The notes beneath the pieces are model-generated. The model searched no databases. It worked only from the letters and a program-made list of their open reading frames with translations, and was not told the origin of the DNA. A stretch of 64,000 bases of DNA from Ylistrum balloti (lineage: Eukaryota): assembly GCF_031769215.1 (NCBI RefSeq), contig NW_026781973.1, positions 1-64,000 of the forward strand, given 5' to 3'. The position numbers and the translations under genes were made by a program. The stretch's first letter is position 1. Each line of letters begins with the position of its first letter. This document shows positions 37,092 through 48,104 of the stretch, one piece after another.

Positions 37092-39513
37092 TTAGTCTTC
37101 GACTGCCAGTGCCTGGCGCTCCCGTTGTGCTCGGCGCTGCTCAATGGACTCAGCGTACAGTATAAGGAAGAAGAGAACACTATACAGAAGCATGTAGGGA
37201 AAGAAACCACTGGAGATAAGCATGATGGAGAAGGTGTATCCGCTCCACACTACCGCCATCACGGACCGGTTCGGACATCTTATTACATCGGATACAACTC
37301 CACAAATGTCCTGTAAGAAGTGACTTAATATAGAGGTAAACGAGAAGACGGGCAAATTCTGTACGGCATGTTGCGCTACTAACTGACTGTCTCGTGCCGT
37401 TGTGAAACTGGCATCGGATTCGTCCGAAGTGCTGCCACAACTAAATGTCACTCGAGCGCGTCGTTGCTCCACATGACTAGTTATGTTGTCCACCTCACTA
37501 CTGGACATCGCCGGAAGAAGATTCCGCAAGGGAACCTCCCTGAATTCAGTTCGGGACACCTCTTCATTATTATCCTCCTCATCGCTACCCTCGTCAGCAC
37601 TCTGTGACGCGACTGATCGAACCTGAATAGTCTGGGTTCGAATCTGAAATGAAAATGATAATGAAATGCAGCCATGGTCATGAACACATCACCTAGCATT
37701 GTACATCGTATGTCATCATTTGGACTGTTTATGGCAAGGCGGATCATATTTAACGTCAATATACCAATTAATGAAAACTAATCATGCATTTTAGTCTATC
37801 ATCCAAACCAGATCTTTAATGTCAATGTGATTTAAACGTATTTCATTGGTTAAATCCAACAAATGCGATATAGGCAAAAGTTATCACAACTTGAAAGTAC
37901 CTTCTCCCAAGAATTACGATTGCACATACATCTAACATATCAACAATGTAATATACTTCCATATCATGTCATGCTACATATTACGATAGTAATGGCAACT
38001 TTTCATAGCTTGAAGATATTTTGATGGAGGGAAGTGCGTCTTACCGTGCTCTGTTCGCTGAGCCAGTTTTCCACAAACTCCTGTAGACTGTAGTTGACGG
38101 TCAGTTTTCCCTTCCGTATGTTCTTTGCACTTAGCGGACGTCGACAGGTTGGGCAGTGCAACTTTATTTGGTTGGGATTTGAGCCAGGATGCTGATCTAC
38201 GGCATTCCGTGCCAAACGACCAAGACAGCTACAGGTAGTAATAAAAAGCTTCTGATTCAACGATATGTATTCATTACGTATTTCATTGTACCCGATCCTC
38301 AAAACGCCTCGAAAACTACAGTTTTACAGTATTTCTGAGTTTATTTCATAGGGGAATTGTATAATCCATCAAAACCTAGCTAAGTAAGCCAGCAATCTGA
38401 AGTTATGAAAATTTCGTTTTTATATAATTCGCCTAGACTTACCATGAAATCATTCGCTCTGGCCAAATACCAAGCATCATTTGTAGAACAGTGGACGTTT
38501 TACAGGTTTGATGTAAAACACAAAAAGGGTAATGTAAAATGTCCGATTCCTATAGTGAAATAGATGTATTTGTGTACAAGGGGCGGGGCAGTATAGCTTG
38601 TACATAGGTAATGTAACGCTACCAAAAACGGAACGCAACCCAAAATGGAACACTTATTTGATATTTGACGTGGTATTTTTATTTTGCAATATAAATGAAT
38701 ATTAAGCATTCTAAACAAGAAATAAGGTTTTTATGAATTACTATGGCATTTTTATCAGTCCCTGTCTTCTATGTTGTTTATCCTCTTTGTTTAAATTAAA
38801 AAGATGAAATTATAGTGAAAAAAAATCCTGGGAACAACACAAATATTGTAACATGTTTTGAACAATGAAACGTACAGCTGAAATTAACATTTTGACAGAT
38901 AAGTGACCGAGGATGATGAGAAAGAAGTTGAACTTTCATAAAACGAAGAAAAATATTCAAGATAATGTCATTTTATTCTATAAACAAACAGAATATAATG
39001 GGTGATCCATTCTAGATAACCCTACCTGTTAAAAGACTGTTGAACCTGGCATGCCTTGCTGCGATCTATTTATACATACGTGCGCTGCTGATATGTGACC
39101 AAAACATGGAACAAAAGTTGAAGAAATCTTTTTGTGAAATACCAAGAAAAAACACATGATTTTTAACCTCATTTGACAGAGCAAGAGACCTGGGTTTGAT
39201 TCCTGTCGGGGAATTCGGCAAGGATGTGTTTTCACTGTTCTTTTACATTAGAAATGTTGTACAACTCAAATACTTTAAAAGGATACGCGGGGTCAGATCA
39301 GCAAAAGGTTTCTTTAGACATCTTAACCAAAATGTTCTCACCAGCTGCAGCTTCTTTCAACTCGAACATGCAGCAACACACTCACCTTATACAGAAGCTG
39401 TGTCCACATTTCAGGGTATGTGGATTGTTGTAGTAATCCAAACAAATGCAACATTTTAAGGACTTATACCATAGTCTGTCCAAGGACTGCGGGGTTTCAG
39501 ACTCTTCCATCAT
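37092..39513 (-). CDS. C3HC4 RING E3 ligase with C-terminal transmembrane region (RNF183/RNF186/RNF152-like architecture), ~280 aa
   Basis: Exons 39513-39386 (AG|gtgagt, phase 2), 38228-38045 (phase 0) and 37622-37092; total 843 nt. Spliced RING: [25 protein letters not shown]...HCPTCR, then NYSLQEFVE, an acidic linker and a hydrophobic tail (VMAVVWSGYTFSIMLISSGFFPYMLLYSVLFFLILYA). Confidence 0.82.
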
Positions 39514-39549
39514 CCAAATGCATTGTAATCGTCTCCAAGACAGAAAACA

Positions 39550-39595
39550 TGACGTCATCAACAATAAGCGAAAAACGTCAGTTTTGATGACGTGG
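39550..39595. promoter_or_regulatory. CRE/ATF site cluster in a compact bidirectional promoter
   Basis: TGACGTCA at 39550-39557, a TGACGT core on the minus strand at 39575-39580, and TGACGTGG at 39588-39595, all between two divergent ATGs (39513 and 39635). Confidence 0.55.
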
Positions 39596-39634
39596 AAAGT
39601 AAATGAAAATGGCGTTATGATCGGCTACTTGAGA

Positions 39635-40123
39635 ATGGCTGAAAATAATGAAGGGCCTGTCGAACAACGTGAAAAACATGTACGATTTTTATTGGACGAA
39701 GAGAGCAACGCCAGACCAAAGAAGCAATACAGAAAAACTCCTAAAAAACAGCAAAAGAAACAATTTCCCATTGCAAAGGAAGCGTGCGACGAAACCAGAA
39801 ATGACGACTCAATGGCAGAGATGTACCGAAGAGTGATACAAATGACGGAAGAAGCAAAACAGTTGAAACTTGAGACTCATCAACTTGTAGGTGATTATGC
39901 TGACCTAGGAAAAAAGTTTTCGAAACTAGAGTTGGAGAAGAAAGATATCGATTACGAGGTTGAGCGACAGGTTCAAGAAATAGATGAAAAACGGTATCTG
40001 AATGGACTTATCCACCATTTGAATGAAGTTGACCGGAACATGACATTTGAACCATGCCAGGTTCTGAGATCTTCTATAAGTAATGCCTTTTTACAGGACA
40101 GAAGCTCCCTTTCAGAAAGTTAA
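39635..40123 (+). CDS. Intronless coiled-coil protein (~162 aa from MAENNE...), with basic NLS-like patch and RVxF motif
   Basis: Long stop-free frame (the track starts at 39446; further in-frame ATGs exist). Charged helical C-terminal half. AATAAA at ~40463. No family recognised. Confidence 0.62.
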   Translation: MAENNEGPVEQREKHVRFLLDEESNARPKKQYRKTPKKQQKKQFPIAKEACDETRNDDSMAEMYRRVIQMTEEAKQLKLETHQLVGDYADLGKKFSKLELEKKDIDYEVERQVQEIDEKRYLNGLIHHLNEVDRNMTFEPCQVLRSSISNAFLQDRSSLSES

Positions 40124-40502
40124 TGTCTCTCTTGGATATAACGAAGTAGAATGTGCGAGCATGGCTTTAAAAACACATTATCGTCTACAGTTCAGTGTGA
40201 ACATAAATACAATGTTGAATTGTTTCAATTGCTTTAAAAATATTCAATTTTCAATTAAAACAATTATGATTTCCTTGTATTTAGACGTTGTAATGATGCC
40301 TCCAATACATGAATATTTCCCTTTTCTGTGATGTCCCATTTTGTATCATGTTGTTTGTCATCGTAAAATCTCACTATTTTTCTTACAGGTTGTGTAGCAA
40401 AAACTTAGTATACTAGTATATTATCCTTGTATACTAACTAACACGCAAAATGTTTCTGTTAAAATAAAGCAAATGAAAGTAGAAAATAGTTAATAACGGA
40501 AC

Positions 40503-40662
40503 TGGACGGGGTCAATCGTAAGCGACCAGTTAGCTCTGTAGGTAGAGCATCCCCGTCAATATATAATATCAATTATTAGAAAAAACAACACCATCCATCT
40601 AGAGTTCGGAAGGTCTCGGGTTCGAACCCCAGTCTGGCCGCTCGTTTTCCGCTCCTGTTACA
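40503..40662 (+). mobile_element. tRNA-derived element (SINE head or tRNA-containing TRIM solo LTR) with an AT-rich insertion
   Basis: A-box TAGCTCTGTAGGTAGAGCA at ~40531-40549, B-box GGTTCGAACCC at ~40619-40629, acceptor-stem-like GACCAG/CTGGCC. Starts TG and ends TGTTACA. A ~45-nt insertion separates the D arm from the anticodon arm. Confidence 0.6.
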
Positions 40663-41569
40663 TAAGTAATTGTAAATTCTACATTTGATCATACACAAAA
40701 GCTTATCACAACTAATGACCTCATCATTTCTTACTTTGACAAAATTTCGAATATTTACTGAGGTCAATTTAACAACGGATTTAAGAATTGATAGTTTTAA
40801 ACTTCCTTTGAAGAAAAGCTTTTTATATATTGGCGGTTTTAGCGAAAAACAGGAAATGATTGACACAAATTCTGCTGCAAAAGGTGCAAGAGGCCACATC
40901 TAGTACACTTCCCATGTGATAAATGATCGAATGCCACACTGCTGGTTATCCAAATCGAGAAGAAGCATTATTTCGACCTGGTTTTCTCGTTATAAAGACT
41001 TTCTGCATTTTTAAAACTTACAGTTGTTGGCATGTGGAATGGCAGAATTGTTAACCATACTGGGCTTCGGTACATCAGAAGCATTCTAAGAGAGTAAAGT
41101 GATACAGTTGATAAAATTCCGAGGAAAAAAAATCTGATTTACCGCTTTAGGAATGAACTACATATGAAACATTGTAAATCTTTCTAATTTACTAACACTT
41201 TGGAAACAATATATGATAATACGTGCTGCACTTTCATTTCCATAGTAGGTCAGGAATGAAAATAATAGTTTAATCTTAATCAGAAAGTTTTAAAGATCAG
41301 TCGTCATTTGATTTTGTTGTAAAACAAGAAATCTGCGGTTGTCTCTGTGAACTGATCTTTTGACGGAATATACATAGGTGACCCTACTATGTTTCCGGTA
41401 TTTCTGCTTTCAAAACCACGTGAAGCTTTACTAAACTAGTAATTGATCATTGAAAAAACCTAAAAACAAAAAAAATAAACAAGGACGGAAACGAAACAAT
41501 ACAGACTTAGCGAGCGACCGCCATTGAATACAACCCAGCAGAGAGTGGGCGACAAGGGAGACATTAATA

Positions 41570-42355
41570 AAAAGGTATGAGACACATCAGCAAAAGGTTA
41601 GGAGACGCATAAACCAACGAAGGACAGGAGACATATCAGCGAAGGGTAGGTGATATGCCACCAAATGATGAGAGACCCATAAGTGAAAGGATGAAAGACG
41701 CATCACCGGGGAATGTGAACACATCAGCACAGGTTAGGAGACGCATAAACCAACGAAGGACAGGAGACACATCAGCAAAGGTTAGGAGATATGCCACCAA
41801 ATGATGAGAGACCCATAAGTGAAAGGATGAAAGACGCATCACCGGGGAATGGGAACACATCAGCAAAGGGTAGGAGACTAATAAACCAACGAAGGACAGG
41901 AGACACATCAGCAAAGGTTAGGAGACGCACAAACCAACGAAGGGAAGGAGACACATTAGCGACGGTTAGGAGACTAATAAACCAACGAAGGAGAGGAGAC
42001 ACATCAGCGAAGGGTAGAAGACGCATAAACCAACGAAGGGAAGGAGACGCATCAACAAAGGTTAGGAGACGCATAAACCAACGAAGGACAGGAGACACAT
42101 CAGCAAAGGTTAGGAGACGCATAAACCAACGAAGGGAAGGAGACGCATCAGCAAAGGTTAGGAGACGCATAAACCAACGAAGGACAGGAGACACATCAGC
42201 AAAGGTTAAGAGACGCATAAACCAACGAAGGGAAGGAGACACATTAGCGAAGGTTAGGAGACGAATAAACCAACGAAGGGAAGGAGATACAACAGCGAAG
42301 TGTAGGAGATATGTCACCAAATGATGAGAGACACCTTAGTGAAAGGATGAAAGAC
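41570..42355. repeat. Composite repeat: 48-bp purine-rich units interleaved with a ~65-bp block present three times
   Basis: 48-bp unit CAACGAAGG(ACA/GAA)GGAGACACATCAGCAAAGGTTAGGAGACGCATAAAC, about 11 copies. The block ATGCCACCAAATGATGAGAGACCCATAAGTGAAAGGATGAAAGAC occurs at ~41655, 41791 and 42311. Confidence 0.95.
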
Positions 42356-43937
42356 AAATCACAGGTAGCCAAAACTTCTTAAATATGTGCAAAATACACG
42401 TAGACTGGATTATCGCCCGTAAACTTCGCGTCGAACAGTCAAGCTCGGAGAGCATCTTCACTACGTGTAGCCAATCATGGTACTAGTATACCGCCGTAAG
42501 TTCCAACACATCGTGGGGCTTTCCCTTAATGAAGTTAATATAAAATAGGGAAAATATGAGAGTGGACAGAGCCATATGATAAAAGACAATGAAATGGACT
42601 GTAACTATGTCTGTAGGATACAAACAGGATGAGCAATCAACGCTTCAACAAGTTTTACAGGTTTTGTTGAATTACGGTTATTTCTTGATCATATGACTTC
42701 CGGAAATATTTCACGGTGTTGATATTTTGAGCTATAGAACTCCAAAGAACACTCCAGATTGCCAGTCGTGTGATTCTTTACGAGGACATGTCCTTCTCAG
42801 TCGTGCTGATATGTTGTAATATCTCTTACGAGGTGACTGGAACTCAATGTTAGTTAACAAATGCTATTACAGGTAATCTGTATATATCCAAAATCCATTA
42901 TCCACATCCGTGGGACAGACGAATCCTATGTATTTGTCCTCCGCTGTCACATTACATCAGTACTAAAAGTCATGGTCATTATGAGACTACACTGTTGTAT
43001 TATTAGTTCTCGGTGTCCCAATGACTGAATTTGTTTCATAGCAGTAAAGGGTTTTGTTCAGAATAACTAGGTACCTTTTTTTGCTCAAATCAACATTGGT
43101 GATGTAAATACAAAGAAATTTGTCTGGTTATGATTATAGTCGATATAAATGTAAGATATACACCTACCATGCAAATCTTACACGAAGCCACTAACAATGA
43201 TATCGAATGTATTATTACATTGAGAAAACATTACTAAACGAAAACAATAGCATAAGGTATTACAGAGCAGAACAAGGTTCTAACTTCTGTTCGCTATTTC
43301 AACTGTACTGTAATTAAACTACATATTATCCAAAACGCTTCCAGCGTGTGATGGTATTATGGATGAAGATCACCTACGGAAATAGGGCGACTTGATTTGA
43401 GTGTCGATAACGTTGTACAGGGATCAGCGATAAACGCAAGACAAAATAACGACAATCACAGAATCTGAAAATATATCTTTATTAAAACTTTTCTATATAC
43501 AGATGAAGGGGATATAACACATGTATATGCGGTGTAAAATGCCGACTTTAGGTTATGGTGATAAAGTTATACAAAAACATGAAAAAGGAAAATGTTCTTC
43601 GGTTCGAAAACATATGTAATATTTTTGTTATTCATAAAGGATTATTGAAATTTTACTCTTGATTCGGTGTGTATATGCCCAGCCCTGAGTCCTAGTTCCG
43701 CCTTCGTCGCTACACCGGTATTTAGCAAACTCCGATATTTTACGCAGCACTTTCTTCGAAATTTGAAAGCATCGCTTTTCTGTTTGTGTTCCTGTATAGC
43801 TTGCTCATGACCTACACAACCTTCTCTTCTCTTAATGAATGTGTACCTCCCCTCCCCCCTACCCGTCCCTGTGTCGCCCTCCCCAGTCTAAACCTCTTCC
43901 AAATAAATCGTTTTATCAATGTTCTGTGTCTCACAGA

Positions 43938-45662
43938 TCAGCATTCCGCGTTTGTCTGCCACGGCCCTGTGTTTGTCTGCCATGATCCTGTTTGGTATGG
44001 GATCATTTGGAATGGCGGTGGGTAGAAGTTTAGATTACCGCCGATCGACAGAATCGCTGGATCCATTACACCGGGATCGTTATGGTAAAATGGCGGTGTT
44101 ACAAATCCGGGAGGTGTCGCCTCAAGTTCGTTGCTACTTCCGGTGACTGATTTCAGTTCGTTGTATATCTCATTTGTTTTGCCAGCGTTATTTTGGTATT
44201 TTAAAGATAGTTGATTTTCAATATAGTTCTGGTTTTCTAGCCTTATACAATCTATTTCATCCTTACATCCTTGGAGTATCGAAGTTTTTGCTTTCGTTGA
44301 TATCATTAATGAGTCTAACTCCGAACTGATTTCGTTTATCCGTTGTCCGGTCATTGCGAAAGTTTCGGTGTTTGTGGAAGCGTCCACCTATGTAAGAAAC
44401 ACATTTCTGAGTCAAACAATATAACATATATCGGAAACATTTTAAAGATATTCCTAAGATATATGCTTTCTATACTTACAAATGCAAAATGAAAAGATAG
44501 CAATTTCAAACATTTCTACACTTCAATCTCCGTCAGCAATTAATTCAATGCATAAGCTTAGACAAAAAAATCTAACGTGTTTTCTTAAAACAGACCCACA
44601 ATTTTATTCCTATTTTAGAAGTATCCCAAGAAAGGCGTATCCTGTCAATGTCCTATTTATTGTCACATTTAATTCGTTGTTTTCCAGGACAGGGATTACA
44701 TTTCCTCTTGACCGGACTCTTTGTTAGTTTTTTCTATTTTTTTCTGTCACTTCCTAATGTCACATTGATAATACTTGTTCTGCAGTTGTAGTACATATCC
44801 TGTTCTTACATCTTCAACAATATAACCGAGCAGTAGAGAGTTTTGTACGCAGAAGAGGAGAAAAATATGTATACTGACCTGGGAACGAGGCTGTCCCATT
44901 TGTTGGTAAGACTCAATGATGGACATAAGGACGAAGTTAGGAACGACACCATTGGTTTTGGTCATAATGTTTGTGAAGGCGACGCCACAACGACAATTCG
45001 GACACGGCACGGTCATCTCCATCAGCATGAATGGATTCTTTACTTGACGCTTCTTGTGTTTTGCTAAATCCAGGAGGCAACTGTAAATGGAAACCACAGC
45101 AAGTACATCGTAAGTGAGGACGGTGGTTACATATGGAACATACAAGACCGGTATATCTGTATGGACAGTTCAAACAAGAGGCCCAGGGAACTGTATTGCC
45201 CGCTTGGATGTTTCAGCTTTCGTTTCAAAATATTTTATTCATAATTTTCTTGTTGCATTTTCAATAAAGATGATGATTTTAAAGCCTCCAATTAACTTTA
45301 AACAAACTTACTCATCCAAGCAGAAAAAGAATGTTTTAAAATTTTGGGTTTTATGTACCAGTTTAATATAAATATCTAAAATTTCCAAAGTTGCACTAAA
45401 AGTTCCCGAAAGCCCTTTTAAAGACCAGTTGTATTCTTTGGTATAGGGGCAATTATTTGGTAATCTCTTTGCACACGAACTCTATATGTTACCGATAAAT
45501 TCGAATAATCATCATACAAAATGGACATTCAACTTACTTATAACAAAACGTGTGACCGCACGGCAAGGCAGTTGGATCATTGTAGATCTCCATACAGATG
45601 CAACATTTCAGTTGTTGAAGTAAATGACCTCCAATCTGATGTTCCAGATTGTCCAAGTTCAT
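43938..45662 (-). CDS. C3HC4 RING protein with coiled-coil and Pro-rich tail (TRIM-like, no B-box), ~258 aa
   Basis: Exons 45662-45538 (AA|gtaagt, phase 2; absent from the ORF track), 45080-44879 (phase 0) and 44387-43938; total 777 nt. Spliced RING: [25 protein letters not shown]...PCPNCR, then PNFVLMSIIE. Confidence 0.85.
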
Positions 45663-45763
45663 TCCGAATGTGAATGGAAACTAAAATCTAAACTGAAGTA
45701 ACCTAGAATCGAAAAAAATGCGACTGAACCCTCCTAAAAGCAACTGAATAATAGTTGTTTTTC

Positions 45764-45798
45764 GTAGCAACAATGACGTCACTACCCTTATGACGTCA
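45764..45798. promoter_or_regulatory. Two perfect CRE palindromes plus an RFX-like half site upstream of the second RING gene
   Basis: GTAGCAAC at 45764-45771; TGACGTCA at 45774-45781 and 45791-45798; 112-136 bp upstream of the ATG. Confidence 0.6.
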
Positions 45799-48104
45799 TA
45801 ATATTAAAAGAAGGGAGATTATCCATTGCTGTCATTTTAGGTTACACACTATTGTACCTTCTGAGATTAGGACTGAAATCTTAGCAAATTATCATAGAAG
45901 TTACCAAGGCAAAGAACTATGCTAAAACTTGTTTTCTTCTGAAGGATAACAAATAGTCTCAAAAATTGACATTTCAAAGACCGCCTCCAGACGTAAATAA
46001 TACCCAAATCGCTCGGAAACTACCAGGATCAAATTGTAAAATTGGTATCTAAAGTTACGCTATTGTGTTAAGGTACAATAGAAAAGTTTAAAAAATCGTG
46101 ATTGCTTTTCTATCAAGTTATGGTTAAATAATCTGCCGCGAAGAAACCTAAAAAAAATGTGTCACAGTGAAGTTTTGAAGTCTGTTAAACTGTCGGTGTG
46201 TCAAGAGCGCTTTTCCTGGAGTTATGTCCCTTAGCGTATCTCGCACCAGACTGCAAAAAGTTTGTCCATGTGCTAGACAAGCCTGTTTTTTTGGTGTCAA
46301 TTGTCTGTGTTTGTGTGGTATTTACAGTCCCTTGAAATATCAATGCCATGCACCTAGTAGATTTACAAGTACACATTTAACCCTCCAGCCTTCGGGCTTC
46401 ATTGCAGATCCCTCTCATCTATCACACCAGAGAAGGCTCGGATGAGGGAAATTTTGCAATTTTCAAGCAGAGAAGAGGTCCGTATATAACGTAATCGAAT
46501 TGCCACAACTTTTATATGAAGTTCTTAACAGGAAAAACAAATGGCGTTTTATTATGCATCAACAAAGCTGTAATTTTATTCAAAACTCGATTTACTTTCG
46601 TTTTATATCGAATAATGTCTTACTTCCGGTCAAATATGACTATCAAAATCTTACTTAAGGTACTGTTTTAACATAACTATATGTAGCTGTTTAACTGTAT
46701 TTACTATAAAACTGAAATGAAATAAGTTATTTCAACTGAATTAATTATTACTACATTGTCCCGGATGAAAGTACACGAGGAATTTTACTGTGACCAGGAA
46801 CCAGAATACTTGAGGATTTTTTTTTATTGGGGCCTAGACTAGAGCGTTTCAACTCCGTGACGTGCACTCAATCACCTTACCTATGAACACGGACTTCGTG
46901 CTATGAATAACGTAATAATTATATAACTTCTCAAGATGTGGTCAATGGTTTAATTACTAAATAAAGCATTACTATTAAATAAATAAAGACGATTTTAGGA
47001 GTTTGGTCTACAACATATTGTTTGCCTGATAAATTAACTTAAATGTGTGCCTTAATTAAAAACAAACAATGAAGTTCTCAGACAATATAATTAGAATTAT
47101 CGCATAAATCGTCGAGATTTAATCACGGAGGAATGACGATCAGGAATTTAATCAAATTGTACAAGATGTAAAATATCTTATGTAACATTATATCTATAAA
47201 AAGGCTTTTGATGTATGATATTTTACATACAGGGTCAGATATCTCATATATCAACACTTAATGGTTACGATTTTATATCAAACAGTTCCTTGTGAGAAAC
47301 CGACCGTATAAATACAGTCATAGCGGTATACATTGGTATTTCACAACCGAATTTAGTAACATTTTATGACATTCGACACTTTACAAAAGGCCAGGAATTG
47401 AACATGTATATATACGACTCAGTATTGATATCCGAGGCACACTTTCTACATACATTTGTCCTAACAAAACATTTCATGAATACGATATACAAAAGAATGA
47501 CAAAATAGCCGCTGTCTTGAATTCAGTTCAGAAACGATCGCATGCTCAAGCAAATTAAATCGTGTTATTAAGAAGGCAGGTTACGAGGAGCGTTCCAGTT
47601 GTTGACAGCATGACAATGCCCACCTGTGCATTAATGTCAGTCACGGACCGCCGCGAACCCCCCGCCCAGGTATTCATAACTGTACAGTATTGACATTGGA
47701 CGCGCAAATATTTATACAACAATATACACCAGTGTTTAAGATTCCCTAGCGAGATAATGTACAGTACTTATATCCAATACAGTCAAAGATAATAGGCTAG
47801 CAAATCTTTTCTACCAATTTTAAGAATCAACTAACCTTAAAGAAAAATAATTAGTACTCTTCCGAATGTGGAACTTGCCCAAGTGTATACCTGGGAACTC
47901 GTTATAACTGCGAGAGTGCACAGTGAAAATGTTCATTTGCAGCTGGTAAGACTGACTTAACCTCGAAATCCCTGTAGCCGATGCCACAAGGTTCCACAGT
48001 CTGCTCGTGCATGGACAGTCTAATCACGTGCACCTATACCTACTACAGTTGCTGACTTATCTACATTTAACACATGTCGTTTGATTGAACTTTCTAATTA
48101 TAAA

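Noticed and set aside
40523-40640. Functional tRNA, possibly with a CTA (amber) anticodon
   Set aside because: The anticodon stem does not pair, the acceptor stem has mismatches, and the insertion is not at the canonical tRNA intron position.
41636-42320. Hydrophobic minus-strand repeat ORFs (LRWFMRLLTFADVSP)
   Set aside because: Reverse frame of the 48-bp repeat; no promoter or splice evidence.
43660-43815. Coding-looking minus-strand frame (HEQAIQEHKQKSDAFKFRRKCC...) as an extra RING-2 exon
   Set aside because: The acceptor lacks a polypyrimidine tract, exon 3 already ends in a stop, and the segment lies in the presumed 3' UTR.
46185-46445. Cys-rich ORFs and a possible B-box relic (CKYH...CLAHGQTFC)
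   Set aside because: Needs a frameshift, ligand spacing is incomplete, and there are no usable splice sites; too weak to call.
47581-47945. Possible short exons (47581-47669 and ~47857-47945) upstream of the first rost-like gene
   Set aside because: Splice signals exist, but the peptides are unrecognisable and exon 1 at 48105 has its own ATG; at most these are 5' UTR exons.
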